Assembly: GCA_963827335.1 (NCBI GenBank)
Contig: CAWHAP010000014.1
Location: 88,554 to 152,553, forward strand
Origin: an uncultured Solirubrobacteraceae bacterium
GTDB taxonomy: Bacteria; Actinomycetota; Thermoleophilia; Solirubrobacterales; Solirubrobacteraceae
DNA: 64,000 bases
Direction of reading: 5' to 3'
Each line of letters begins with the position of its first letter. The stretch's first letter is position 1. The position numbers and the translations under genes are program-made. Positions 17,516 through 27,443 of this stretch are shown one piece after another. The notes below the pieces were generated by a model. The model was not told the DNA's origin. It saw only the letters and a list, made by a program, of their open reading frames with translations, and did not search any database.

Positions 17516-18133
17516 TTCGCGCGCCGCGTACAGCGCGGCCTGCGTGCGGTCGGTCAGGTCGAGCTTGGCCAGCACGTGGCCGACGTGCGTCTTGACGGTC
17601 TTCTCGGCCACGCCGAGCTCGAGCGCGATGCGCTTGTTCGAGCGCCCGCGCGCGATCAGCCGGAGGACGTCGAGCTCGCGCGGGGTGAGGACGTCGAGCG
17701 CCCGCGGGCGGCCGCCCGCGGCCAGCTCCTCGACGACGCGCGTGGCGACGGCGGGGGAGAGCGGCGCCTGCCCGGCGTGCGCCGTGCGGATCGCGCGGAT
17801 GAGCTCGGCGGGCTCGGTGTCCTTGAGCAGGAACCCGGCCGCGCCGGAGCGCAGCGCGGCGAACAGCCGGTCGTCCTCGCCGAAGCTCGTGAGGACGAGC
17901 ACCCGCGCGTCCGGGACGCGCTCGCGCAGGACCTTCAGCGCGGCGACCCCGTCGAGCCGCGGCATCGCCAGGTCGAGCAGCACGACGTCGGGCGCGTGGC
18001 GCTGCGCGGCGTCGACCGCCGCCGCGCCGTCCGCGGCCTCGCCGACGACCTCGACGTCGTCCTGCAGCTCCAGGTAGGTCCGCAGGCCCTGCCGCACCAC
18101 GGCGTGGTCGTCGGCGATGAGGACGCGGATCAT
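17498..18133 (-). CDS. NarL/LuxR-family response regulator
   Basis: MIRVLIADDHAVVRQGL receiver N-terminus, LDLAMP phospho-acceptor region, and a C-terminal LuxR HTH (LTPRELDVLRLIARGRSNKRIALELGVAEKTVKTHV). Confidence 0.9.
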   Translation of the reverse strand: MIRVLIADDHAVVRQGLRTYLELQDDVEVVGEAADGAAAVDAAQRHAPDVVLLDLAMPRLDGVAALKVLRERVPDARVLVLTSFGEDDRLFAALRSGAAGFLLKDTEPAELIRAIRTAHAGQAPLSPAVATRVVEELAAGGRPRALDVLTPRELDVLRLIARGRSNKRIALELGVAEKTVKTHVGHVLAKLDLTDRTQAALYAAREGLADA

Positions 18134-19263
18134 GCGGGCACCTCCAGCCGCACGGTCGTGCCGGCGCCGGGACGGCTGTCGACCACGACCTGCCCGCCGA
18201 GCGCGGTGGCGCGCTCCTCCATCGACGTGAGGCCCAGCCGGCGGCCGCGCACCGCGGGCGACTCCGCGTCGAAGCCGCGCCCGTCGTCGGCGACGGTCAG
18301 CACGAGCCGCCCCCGCTCGGCCCCGAGCCGCACGGCGATGTGCTCCGCGCCGGCGTGCCGCAGCGCGTTCTGCAGCGCCTCCTGCGCGATCCGGAAGACC
18401 TCGCCCGCGACCTGCGCACGCAGGGCCGGGGGCGCGGCGACGGCGAGCTCGATCGCCTGACCCGACACGCGCCGCAGGACGTCGACGTGCTTGCGCAGCG
18501 CCTGGGCCAGCCCCTCGGCCTCCAGCGAGGCCGGGCGGAGCTCGAAGACGACGGAGCGCAGCTCGTCCATCGCGCCGCGCGCGAGCTCCTGCACACGGCC
18601 GATCTGGTCGGCGGCGCCGGCGTCCCCGCTCGCCAGCAGCTCGCTCGCCGACTCGGCCGCGAGCACGACGCCGAACAGCTGCTGGGTGACCGAGTCGTGC
18701 AGCTCGCGGGCGAGCCGGTTGCGCTCCTCCACGATGCTCAGCTCGCGGCTGCGCTCGTGCAGGCGCGCGTTCTCGATCGCGAGCGCCGCGTGCGCGGCCA
18801 GGAGCGAGATCAGGCGCTCGTCGGCGTCGGTGAAGCCGGCCGCGCCCTCCCTGTCGGTGAGGTAGAGCGCGGCGAGGATGCGGCCGCGCGAGACGATCGG
18901 CACGCCGAGGAACGAGCGCATGTCGGGATGCGCGCGGGGCCACCAGCCGCGGAAGCGCGGATGGGTGTGGATGTCGTCGGTCCGGTAGGGCTCGGGCGAC
19001 TCGAGCATCGCCCCGAGCAGGCCGTGCGTGCGCGGCAGCGGGCCCATCGCCGCGATCAGCTCGTCGCTCATGCCGGAGGTGATGAAGCGGGCGAACGCGC
19101 CCTCGCCGTCCGGGATGCCGAGCGCCGCGTAGCGCGCGCCGCCGAGCTCGCGGGCGGCGTGGACGAGCTGCTGCAGCACGGGCTCGACCTCCCGCTCGGC
19201 GGCGAGGGCGAGCACCACGTCCGAGAGCGTGCGGAAGGCCGACGAGTCGCGGCGGTCGAGCAT
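18130..19263 (-). CDS. GAF-domain sensor histidine kinase (HisKA_3 type)
   Basis: N-terminal GAF-like region. H-box ERNRLARELHDSVTQQLF. C-terminal HATPase motifs (QEALQNALRHAGA, DDGRGF, GLTSMEERA). Its stop overlaps the response-regulator start (ATGA). Confidence 0.85.
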   Translation of the reverse strand: MLDRRDSSAFRTLSDVVLALAAEREVEPVLQQLVHAARELGGARYAALGIPDGEGAFARFITSGMSDELIAAMGPLPRTHGLLGAMLESPEPYRTDDIHTHPRFRGWWPRAHPDMRSFLGVPIVSRGRILAALYLTDREGAAGFTDADERLISLLAAHAALAIENARLHERSRELSIVEERNRLARELHDSVTQQLFGVVLAAESASELLASGDAGAADQIGRVQELARGAMDELRSVVFELRPASLEAEGLAQALRKHVDVLRRVSGQAIELAVAAPPALRAQVAGEVFRIAQEALQNALRHAGAEHIAVRLGAERGRLVLTVADDGRGFDAESPAVRGRRLGLTSMEERATALGGQVVVDSRPGAGTTVRLEVPA

Positions 19264-19269
19264 CGCGGC

Positions 19270-20973
19270 CTACGGTACGCGGCGCGCGACCGCGAGCAGC
19301 GCGCGCGCCGCCATGCCGGTCGGCTCGATCGCGCCGGCGTCGGTCACGCGCACGGGCGGCCGGGCGGGCCTGCGCCCCAGCCGCCAGCGCAGCTCGTCGA
19401 GCTTGCGGAACGGCGCCAGCAGCGGCGGCTCGCGCAGCTTCCAGACCGGGCATGGCCGCGCGGGCGAGCCCGTGGCGGCGAGGATCGCGTTGACCGCGCG
19501 GCGGGCCGCCTCGTTGGCGCCCTCCATCGTCGCGAGGTCGGTGTGCGTGCGCACGAAGTCGGCGGCGAGGAACAGGTTCGGGATCCGCGTCGCGGCCTCG
19601 GGCCGGTCGGCCCACGAGCCCTTCGTGTTGATCAGGAGCGGCTCGAGGTTCGTGGCGGCGGTCGGGTTGGGGAACTCGATCGCCGGGTCGAGGAACCAGT
19701 CGAGGACGTTCGCCGCCTCCAGCGACCCGTCGTCGATGTGGTCGGTCAGCTGGCCCCACACCTCCGTGCGGATCTCCTCGCGCGTGCAGGCCATGGCCAC
19801 CTTGCCCGTGCGCCGGCCGGGGCGCTCCCACTCGGAGATGTCGACCGAGAGCACGCCCTCGACGCGCCCGTCGCCGCGCTGCTCGAGGTCGACGTCCGGC
19901 CAGAACTGGGCCTGCGAGATCGCCGTGAGCGCCCACTCGGAGTCGATGAACAGCGCGTGCCCGTGCTGCAGCGGCACGTCGCGGTCGAGGTAGAACATCG
20001 CGCCGTTCATCCAGCGCGTGACGAGCCGCGGGAGGGCGGCGAGTCGCGGCTCCGCGGCGCGCAGCTCGGGCGAGACGAGCAGGCGCAGGCGCTCCACCGG
20101 CAGCGCGGCGACGTAGTGGTCGGCCGTGACGGCCTCCGGCCCGGCCGGTGTCTGCACCGTGACACCGGTGATGCGGTGGCCGTCGCACGCGATGCCGGCG
20201 ACCCCGTGCTCGGCGTGCAGCGTCACCCCAAGCCCGCGGAGGTGCGCGAGCCACGGGTCGATCCATGCCTCGTTCGTCGGCATGTCGAGCACGCGGTCGG
20301 CCGCGCGCCCGCCGACGCGCGTGAGGTCCAGCACGAGCTGCGCGAGGATCAGCCCGCCCGTGCGGGCGCTTATCTGGCGCGCCTGGGCGGCCACGAGCGT
20401 GCGCGTGAGGCCGTCGGCGAGGAACTTCTGGAACGCGGCGGTGCGGCGCTCGGCGCCGGTGTACTCCCACCAGCTCTGCTCCTCCCATTGCGCGAACCGG
20501 CGCGCGTCGCAGGACACGAGGAGGGTGATGAGCCGCTCGGTGAACAGGGCGAGCTCCTGCGGCGGGATGCCGGTCTGCGCGCCGACCTCGCGCACGAAGC
20601 GCGCGAGCACCTCGAGGTCGCCGGCCGACGACGGCGGGCCGGCCGGCGCGATCAGCTCGGGTCGCCCGCCCGCCTGCGCGAGCAGGATGGTCGTGGCCGG
20701 CACGAGATGGCCGGCGGCGGTCCCGGAGCCGTGCGGGATGCGGGCCATCGTGTCCGGCAGATGCCGGTAGAACCCGGGGAAGAAGCGGAAGCCGTGCTCG
20801 GCCGGGAGGTCGGCGCGCCCGCCGGTGCCGGAGCCGGGCACGGGCATCGAGCGCGCCTTGCCGCCGAAGTCGGGGCGCGTTTCGTACACGGCCACCGCGA
20901 AGCCGCGCTCAGCGAGTTCGTGCGCGGCGCTCAGGCCGCCGACCCCGCCGCCGAGCACCGCCACGGTCGTCAC
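19270..20973 (-). CDS. FAD/NAD(P)-binding oxidoreductase (amine-oxidase / desaturase-like)
   Basis: VAVLGGGVGGLSAAHELAERGFAVAVYE dinucleotide fold followed by GGKARS and HGFRFFPGFY. 567 aa. Confidence 0.7.
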   Translation of the reverse strand: MTTVAVLGGGVGGLSAAHELAERGFAVAVYETRPDFGGKARSMPVPGSGTGGRADLPAEHGFRFFPGFYRHLPDTMARIPHGSGTAAGHLVPATTILLAQAGGRPELIAPAGPPSSAGDLEVLARFVREVGAQTGIPPQELALFTERLITLLVSCDARRFAQWEEQSWWEYTGAERRTAAFQKFLADGLTRTLVAAQARQISARTGGLILAQLVLDLTRVGGRAADRVLDMPTNEAWIDPWLAHLRGLGVTLHAEHGVAGIACDGHRITGVTVQTPAGPEAVTADHYVAALPVERLRLLVSPELRAAEPRLAALPRLVTRWMNGAMFYLDRDVPLQHGHALFIDSEWALTAISQAQFWPDVDLEQRGDGRVEGVLSVDISEWERPGRRTGKVAMACTREEIRTEVWGQLTDHIDDGSLEAANVLDWFLDPAIEFPNPTAATNLEPLLINTKGSWADRPEAATRIPNLFLAADFVRTHTDLATMEGANEAARRAVNAILAATGSPARPCPVWKLREPPLLAPFRKLDELRWRLGRRPARPPVRVTDAGAIEPTGMAARALLAVARRVP

Positions 20974-21072
20974 TCGCGCACCTTACCTCCCGGTGGGTGG
21001 CATGATGGGCACGGGGTGGGAATCTCGATCCAGACGAGGGAGCACGCGGTTGCGCCGGTGCGCATCGCGTTG

Positions 21073-24000
21073 ATGGAGCTCATCGCCGCGCGGCGACCGC
21101 GCGACGGCGCCGCGCTCGCGGAGTTCGCGAGCGCGTACCTGCGCCGCCTCTCGGCCGACAGCGCGCTCACGACGTCGCCGCAGGAGCTGTTCGCCGAGGT
21201 CAGCGGCGCGTTCGACTTCGCCGCCGGCCGCGGCGACCGGCCGATCCTCGTGCGCGCGTTCAACCCCGTCGCCGACCTGCACGGCTACGAGCGCCCGGGC
21301 AGCGTCCTGGAGACGAGCACCGAGGACCTGCCGTTCCTCGTGGACTCGGTCCGCGCCGCGCTCGCCGCCGAGGACCTCACGATCCACCGCGTGATGCACC
21401 CGGTCGTCGGCCTGGAGCGCAACGACGCCGGCGAGATCACCGGCGTGCTCCACCCGCGCGAGGCCAGCGCGCGCGAGTCGATCATGCACTTCGACCTCGA
21501 CCAGCGGCTCGACGAGGCCGGCCTCGAGGCGCTCGCGGGCACGGTCCGGTCCGTCCTGGGCGACGTGCGCCGCGCGGTGCTCGACTTCCCGGCGATGGCC
21601 GACCGCGGCCGGCGCATGGTGCAGCTCGCCGGGGCGGGCGCGGCGCGCTACGCCGACGACGAGGTCGACGAGACGGTCGCCTTCCTCGAGTGGCTGCTCG
21701 CCGACCACTTCATCTTCCTGGGCTACCGCGAGTACAAGATCGCCGACGACACGGTCGGCGTCGTGCCCGGCTCCGGGCTCGGCATCCTCGCCGACGAGGC
21801 GTCGTCGGCGTTCGCCCGGCCGCGGCCGCTCGCCGACCTGCCCGCCGACATGCGCGAGCGGGTGCTCGAGGGCGACCTGCTGATCGTGTCCAAGACGAAC
21901 CGGCTCTCCACGGTGCACCGGCGCGCGCGGATGGACTACGTCGGCGTGCGCAAGGTCGCCCACGACGGCCGCGTGACCGGCGAGGCGCGGATGCTCGGCC
22001 TCTTCACCACGAAGGCCTACGCCGAGCCCGCGTCGCAGACGCCGCTGCTCAACCGCAAGCTGCGCCAGATCCTGCGCCACGAGGACCTGATCGAGGGCTC
22101 GCACGACTACAAGGCCGCGGTCACGCTGTTCGACTCGTTCCCCAAGGACGAGCTGTTCTCCGCCCGCACCGAGGACCTGCGCCGCGCGGTGGTCGAGCTG
22201 CTCTCGCTGGAGGGCGACCGGGTGCGGCTGCTCGGCCGCCGGTCGGGCGACGGCCGCTCCGTGTCGCTGATCGCGGCGCTGCCCGCCGCGCGTTACGACG
22301 CCGAGCTGCTCGACGCGTTCATCGAGCTGCTGCGCGAGCGCTTCGCCACCGATGCGGTCGACACGCAGACGGTGCTGGGGGAGGGCGAGCGCGTCCGCGT
22401 CCACGCCACCGTCCATGCGCAGTCCGGCGTGCCCGACGTGCCGCTGCGCGACCTCGAGCAGGAGCTGATCGCGCTCACCCGCACGTGGGAGGACGGCCTG
22501 CGCGAGCAGCTCGTCGAGCGCTTCGGCGCGGCGCGCGGATCGGCGCTCGCCGCCACGTGGGGGCCGCGCTTCCCCGCCTACTACCGCGCGTCGGTCAAGC
22601 CGGCCATCGCGGTCGCCGACGTGCACTGCTTCGACCGGCTGGAGACGGAGGGCCAGCCGTTCGTCGTCGGGCTGGAGAACGAGCCCAACCGGACGCGCAT
22701 CGCGCTCTACAAGACCGCCGGCAAGGTCGAGCTGGGCGACGCCATGCCGACGCTCGAGGACCTCGGGCTGCGGGTCGTCGAGGAGGTGCCGACGCGGCTG
22801 CTCGGCGGCGACGGCGACACCTGGGTGCAGGACTTCGGCGTGCTCGGCCCGGACGACCGGCCGCTCGACCTCGACGCCGTCGGCGACCGCGTGGGGGAGA
22901 CGATCGCGGCTGTGCGGCGCGGCGACGCCGAGTCGGACACGCTCAACCGCCTGGTGATCGTGGCGGGCCTGAACTGGCGCCAGATCAACATCCTGCGCGC
23001 CTACCGCATGTACCGCCAGCGGATCGGCTCGCGCTTCACGCAGGGCTACCAGAACGACGTGCTGGCGGCCAACCCCGGCGTCACGGCCAAGCTGATGCGC
23101 TACTTCGAGCTGCGCTTCGACCCGGACCGGCCGCGCGACGCGGACGCCGAGGCGGCCCTGCGCGAGGAGATCGTCGCCGACCTCGACGAGGTGGCCTCGC
23201 TCGACCACGACCGCATCCTGCGCAACCAGCTCGGGCTCATCGATGCGACGCTGCGCACGAACGCCTTCGACTCGGACCGGCAGGTCACGGCCTTCAAGCT
23301 GCGCTCCGCCGACGTCCCCGCGATCCCGCAGCCCGCCCCGCTGTTCGAGATCTACGTCTACTCGCCGGCGATGGAGGGCATCCACCTGCGCGGCGGCGAG
23401 GTCGCCCGCGGCGGCATCCGCTGGTCCGACCGGCAGGACTACCGGACCGAGGTCTTCGGGCTGATGCGCGCCCAGGTCACCAAGAACGCCGTGATCGTCC
23501 CGGCCGGTGCCAAGGGCGGCTTCTACCTCAAGCGGCCGCCGGCGGACCGCGACGAGCTCAAGGCCGAGGTCGAGCGCCAGTACGTCCGCTACATCGGCGG
23601 GCTGTTGGAGCTGACCGACAACCTCGTCGAGGGCGAGGTCGTCCATCCCGAGCGGGTGCGGGTGCTCGACGCGGACGACACCTACCTCGTCGTCGCTGCC
23701 GACAAGGGGACCGCGACGTTCTCCGACACCGCCAACCGCGTGAGCGAGGAGCGCGGCTTCTGGCTCGGCGACGCGTTCGCCTCGGGCGGCTCCAGCGGCT
23801 ACGACCACAAGGCGCTCGGGATCACCGCGCGCGGTGCGTGGGAGTCGGTCAAGCGCCACTTCGCCGAGCTCGACGTCGACGTCGCGACGGACCCGTTCAC
23901 CGTGGTCGGCATCGGCGACATGTCGGGCGACGTGTTCGGCAACGGGATGCTGCTGTCGGACCGGATCCGGCTCGTCGGCGCCTACGACCACCGCCACGTG

Positions 24001-25788
24001 TTCCTCGATCCCGACCCGGATCCGGACGCGGGCTTCGCCGAGCGAAAGCGGCTGTTCGCGCTCGCGGGCTCGTCATGGGACGACTACGACCGCGGGCGGA
24101 TCTCGGAGGGCGGCGGCGTGTGGCCGCGGACCGCGAAGTCGATCCCGCTCTCGCCGCAGGCGCGCGAGGCGCTCGGCGTCGGCGACGAGCGGCTCGCCCC
24201 GAACGACCTGATCCGCGCGATCCTGCGCGCGCCGGTCGACCTGCTGTGGAACGGCGGCATCGGCACCGTCGTCAAGGCGTCCGACGAGACCGACGCCGAC
24301 GCCATGGACCGCGCCTCCGACGCGATCCGCGTGGACGCGCGGGACGTGCGGGCGCGCGTCGTCGGGGAGGGCGGGAACCTCGGCCTCACGCGCCGCGCCC
24401 GCGTGGAGTACGCTCGCGAGGGCGGGCTGGTCAACGCGGACTTCATCGACAACTCCGCCGGCGTCGACTGCTCCGACCACGAGGTCAACCTGAAGATCCT
24501 GCTCGGCCTCGCCGAGCGGCGCGGCGAGCTCGACCGGCCCGCGCGCGACGCGCTCCTGCTCGAGGTCACCGACGACGTCGTCGCCCACGTGCTCTACGAC
24601 TCGTTCCTGCAGGCGCAGATCCTCTCCGAGGAGGTCGCGGTCGCGAAGGGCCGCATGTACGCCTACGAGGACCTGATGACCGCGCTCGAGGGCCGCGGGC
24701 TGCTCGACCGCGGCGCCGAGAAGCTGCCGGGCACGGAGGAGGTCGCCGAGCGCCGGCGCGCGAACCGCGGCCTCGAACGGCCGGAGCTGGCGCTGCTGCT
24801 CGCCTACGCGAAGCAGGCGCTGGCCCTCGACCTGCTCGACTCGGACTTCTGCGAGGACCCGTGGCTCGAGCGCGACCTGCGCGACTACTTCCCGGACCGC
24901 GTCGTCGAGCGCTTCGGCCACCTGCTGGCGGAGCACCCGCTGCGCCGCGAGCTGATCGCGATGATCAACGCCAACGCGGTCGTGAACTCGCTCGGCCCCA
25001 CGTTCGTCTCCCAGCTCAGCGCGGAGCGCGGCGCCGAGCCCGCCGAGATCGTGCGCGCGTACCGGATCGCCCGTGACGTGACGGGCGTCGAGGCGCGCTG
25101 GGACGCCGTCGAGCAGCTGCCGCGCGGGATGGACCGCGACGTCGTGACCGAGCTCATGGTCGGCGTCGACCGCCTCGTGGAGGCCACGACCCGCTGGTAC
25201 CTCGCCCATGCGGCGGCCGATCCGCTCGAGGATCGCATCGCCGCGGCCGAGGCGCCGTTCGCGCGCCTGATGGGCGTCCTGCCGGACATCGGGTCGGACG
25301 AGTGGCGCGCGCACCGGCGCGCCACGGCCGACGAGCTGGTCGAGCAGGGCGTCCCCGACGAGGTCGCCTGGGCCCACGCGCTGACGCCGGAGCTGATGCC
25401 GGCCGCGGACATCATCGCCGTAGCCGAGCACACCGGGCGCCCGGTCGAGGAGGTCACGCGCGCGTTCCACGCCCTGGCGGCGCGGCTCGACCTCGTGTGG
25501 CTGCTCGGCGCGCTCGACGAGCTCCCGCAGCCGACCCGCACCCAGCGCTGGGCGGTGCAGGCGGTGCGCGAGGACTGCATGGACGCGCTCGCCGAGCTCG
25601 CGCGCTGCGCGCTGGGCGCCGCGGCGCCGGAGCAGGACGCGACCGAGGCGGTGCACGCCTTCCTCGAGCGGCGGGCGGCGCTGAGCCGGCGCCTGGCCGC
25701 GGTCACGGCGTCGCTCACCGTGGAGGGCACGGGCGATCTGCCGGCGCTCATGCTTGCCGTCCGCGCCGTCCGGGCACTCGCCGCCTGA
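21073..25788 (+). CDS. gdh: large NAD-specific glutamate dehydrogenase (~180 kDa class)
   Basis: About 1570 aa. Motifs VPAGAKGGFYLKRPP and VVAADKGTATFSDTAN are characteristic of the giant GDH family. Start is ATG 21073 (GTG 21016 is also in frame). The 5' 900 codons of ORF 18340..25788 are antisense shadow of the kinase and oxidoreductase genes. Confidence 0.85.
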   Translation: MELIAARRPRDGAALAEFASAYLRRLSADSALTTSPQELFAEVSGAFDFAAGRGDRPILVRAFNPVADLHGYERPGSVLETSTEDLPFLVDSVRAALAAEDLTIHRVMHPVVGLERNDAGEITGVLHPREASARESIMHFDLDQRLDEAGLEALAGTVRSVLGDVRRAVLDFPAMADRGRRMVQLAGAGAARYADDEVDETVAFLEWLLADHFIFLGYREYKIADDTVGVVPGSGLGILADEASSAFARPRPLADLPADMRERVLEGDLLIVSKTNRLSTVHRRARMDYVGVRKVAHDGRVTGEARMLGLFTTKAYAEPASQTPLLNRKLRQILRHEDLIEGSHDYKAAVTLFDSFPKDELFSARTEDLRRAVVELLSLEGDRVRLLGRRSGDGRSVSLIAALPAARYDAELLDAFIELLRERFATDAVDTQTVLGEGERVRVHATVHAQSGVPDVPLRDLEQELIALTRTWEDGLREQLVERFGAARGSALAATWGPRFPAYYRASVKPAIAVADVHCFDRLETEGQPFVVGLENEPNRTRIALYKTAGKVELGDAMPTLEDLGLRVVEEVPTRLLGGDGDTWVQDFGVLGPDDRPLDLDAVGDRVGETIAAVRRGDAESDTLNRLVIVAGLNWRQINILRAYRMYRQRIGSRFTQGYQNDVLAANPGVTAKLMRYFELRFDPDRPRDADAEAALREEIVADLDEVASLDHDRILRNQLGLIDATLRTNAFDSDRQVTAFKLRSADVPAIPQPAPLFEIYVYSPAMEGIHLRGGEVARGGIRWSDRQDYRTEVFGLMRAQVTKNAVIVPAGAKGGFYLKRPPADRDELKAEVERQYVRYIGGLLELTDNLVEGEVVHPERVRVLDADDTYLVVAADKGTATFSDTANRVSEERGFWLGDAFASGGSSGYDHKALGITARGAWESVKRHFAELDVDVATDPFTVVGIGDMSGDVFGNGMLLSDRIRLVGAYDHRHVFLDPDPDPDAGFAERKRLFALAGSSWDDYDRGRISEGGGVWPRTAKSIPLSPQAREALGVGDERLAPNDLIRAILRAPVDLLWNGGIGTVVKASDETDADAMDRASDAIRVDARDVRARVVGEGGNLGLTRRARVEYAREGGLVNADFIDNSAGVDCSDHEVNLKILLGLAERRGELDRPARDALLLEVTDDVVAHVLYDSFLQAQILSEEVAVAKGRMYAYEDLMTALEGRGLLDRGAEKLPGTEEVAERRRANRGLERPELALLLAYAKQALALDLLDSDFCEDPWLERDLRDYFPDRVVERFGHLLAEHPLRRELIAMINANAVVNSLGPTFVSQLSAERGAEPAEIVRAYRIARDVTGVEARWDAVEQLPRGMDRDVVTELMVGVDRLVEATTRWYLAHAAADPLEDRIAAAEAPFARLMGVLPDIGSDEWRAHRRATADELVEQGVPDEVAWAHALTPELMPAADIIAVAEHTGRPVEEVTRAFHALAARLDLVWLLGALDELPQPTRTQRWAVQAVREDCMDALAELARCALGAAAPEQDATEAVHAFLERRAALSRRLAAVTASLTVEGTGDLPALMLAVRAVRALAA

Positions 25789-27440
25789 TGCCGCGCCTGG
25801 TCCTGGGACCGCTCCTCCGCTACACGGGGGACGACGACGCGACGATCTGGGTGGAGACGGACGCCCCCTGCGAGGTCGAGGTGCTCGGCTGCCGCGAGCG
25901 GACGTTCCACGTCTCGGGCCACAACTACGCGCTCGTGCACGTCACCGGGCTCGAGCCCGAGGCGACGATCCCCTACGCGGTGGCGCTCGACGGCGAGCAC
26001 GTCTGGCCCGAGCCGGACTCGCCGTACCCGCCGAGCGTCATCCGCACGGTCGCGGGGAAGGGGACGTTCCGCATCGCCTGGGGCTCGTGCCGCGTCGACG
26101 CGCCGCACGAGCCGCCCTACTCGCTGCGCAAGGACGAGGACCCGGCGGGACGCGAGGTCGACGCCCTGCGCGTGCTCGCCGACCACATGTGCCGCGATGC
26201 CGATCCCGCGGGGTGGCCGCACGCGCTCGTGATGCTCGGTGACCAGGTCTACGCCGACGAGGTCGGCGTCGACGTGCGCGAGCACATCCGCGCCACGCGC
26301 GACGTGACGCTGCCGCCCTACGAGACGGTCGCGAACTTCGAGGAGTACACGTGGCTGTACCGGGCGGCGTGGTCGGAGCCGCACATCCGCTGGCTGCTCT
26401 CGACCGTGCCCTCGGCGATGATCTTCGACGACCACGACGTCCACGACGACTGGAACACGTCGAAGACGTGGGTCGACACGATGCGCGCGACGGGCTGGTG
26501 GGACGAGCGCATCGTCGGCGGGTTCGCGACCTACTGGCTCTACCAGCACATGGGCAACCTGTCGCCCCAGCACCTCGCGCAGGACGACCTGTACGCGGCG
26601 CTGCGCGCGGCCGAGGACGGCGGTCCGCTCCTGCGCGAGTTCGCGTTCCGCGCCGACCGCGAGGTGGCCGGCACGCGCTGGAGCTACTGCCGCGACTTCG
26701 GCCGCTCGCGGCTGGTGATGATCGACTCGCGGGCCGGCCGCGTGCTCGACCCGCCCGAGGATCGCTCGATGCTCGACCCGCACGAGTGGGCGTGGCTCGA
26801 GGAGCACTGCGAGGGCGACTTCGACCATCTCCTGCTGGGGACCTCGCTGCCGCTGCTGCTCGCGCCCGGCCTGCACTACCTGGAGTCCTGGAACGAGGCG
26901 GTCTGCAACGGCGTGTGGCGCAAGCCGGCCGCGCGGCTGGGCGAGCGCCTGCGCCAGGCGGTCGACCTCGAGCACTGGGCGGCGTTCGGCAGCTCGCTGA
27001 CGCGCATCGTCGAGCTGGTCCGGGACGTGGGCACGGGCGCGAAGGGCGCGCCGCCGGCGTCGATCGTCGCGCTCTCGGGCGACGTGCACCACGCCTACCT
27101 CGCGGAGGTGACCTGGCCGAGCGGCACGGGGATGCGCGCGCCGTTCTACCAGGCCACCTGCTCGCCGTTCCGCAATCCGCTCGACGGGCACGAGCGGCGG
27201 TCGATCCGCTTCGCCTGCAGCAGGGCGGGGACGCTCGTCGGGAAGCTGCTGGCCCGGTCCGCGGGGGTCGGCGATCCGCCGATCCGCTGGCGCTTCAACG
27301 AGGAGGCGCCCTACTTCGACAACCAGGTCTGCTTCCTCGAGCTCGACGGCCGCGCCGCGCAGCTGCGGCTGCAGAAGACGGTCCCCGGCGAGAACGAGGG
27401 CTACTCGCTCGAGACGGTCTTCGAGCGCGCCATCGCCTGA
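25788..27440 (+). CDS. PhoD-like alkaline phosphatase / metallophosphatase family protein
   Basis: The ATG overlaps the gdh stop by 1 nt (TGATG). LGPLLRYTGDDDATIWVETD N-terminal beta-domain pattern, GDQVYADE, FDDHDVHDDW, LSGDVHHAY. Confidence 0.65.
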   Translation: MPRLVLGPLLRYTGDDDATIWVETDAPCEVEVLGCRERTFHVSGHNYALVHVTGLEPEATIPYAVALDGEHVWPEPDSPYPPSVIRTVAGKGTFRIAWGSCRVDAPHEPPYSLRKDEDPAGREVDALRVLADHMCRDADPAGWPHALVMLGDQVYADEVGVDVREHIRATRDVTLPPYETVANFEEYTWLYRAAWSEPHIRWLLSTVPSAMIFDDHDVHDDWNTSKTWVDTMRATGWWDERIVGGFATYWLYQHMGNLSPQHLAQDDLYAALRAAEDGGPLLREFAFRADREVAGTRWSYCRDFGRSRLVMIDSRAGRVLDPPEDRSMLDPHEWAWLEEHCEGDFDHLLLGTSLPLLLAPGLHYLESWNEAVCNGVWRKPAARLGERLRQAVDLEHWAAFGSSLTRIVELVRDVGTGAKGAPPASIVALSGDVHHAYLAEVTWPSGTGMRAPFYQATCSPFRNPLDGHERRSIRFACSRAGTLVGKLLARSAGVGDPPIRWRFNEEAPYFDNQVCFLELDGRAAQLRLQKTVPGENEGYSLETVFERAIA

Positions 27441-27443
27441 CGG

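Noticed and set aside
18340-21072. The 5' 900 codons of the 2482-aa ORF 18340..25788
   Set aside because: Only the part from about 21016/21073 onward looks like NAD-glutamate dehydrogenase. The upstream part is antisense to the GAF kinase and the FAD oxidoreductase and has shadow-frame composition.
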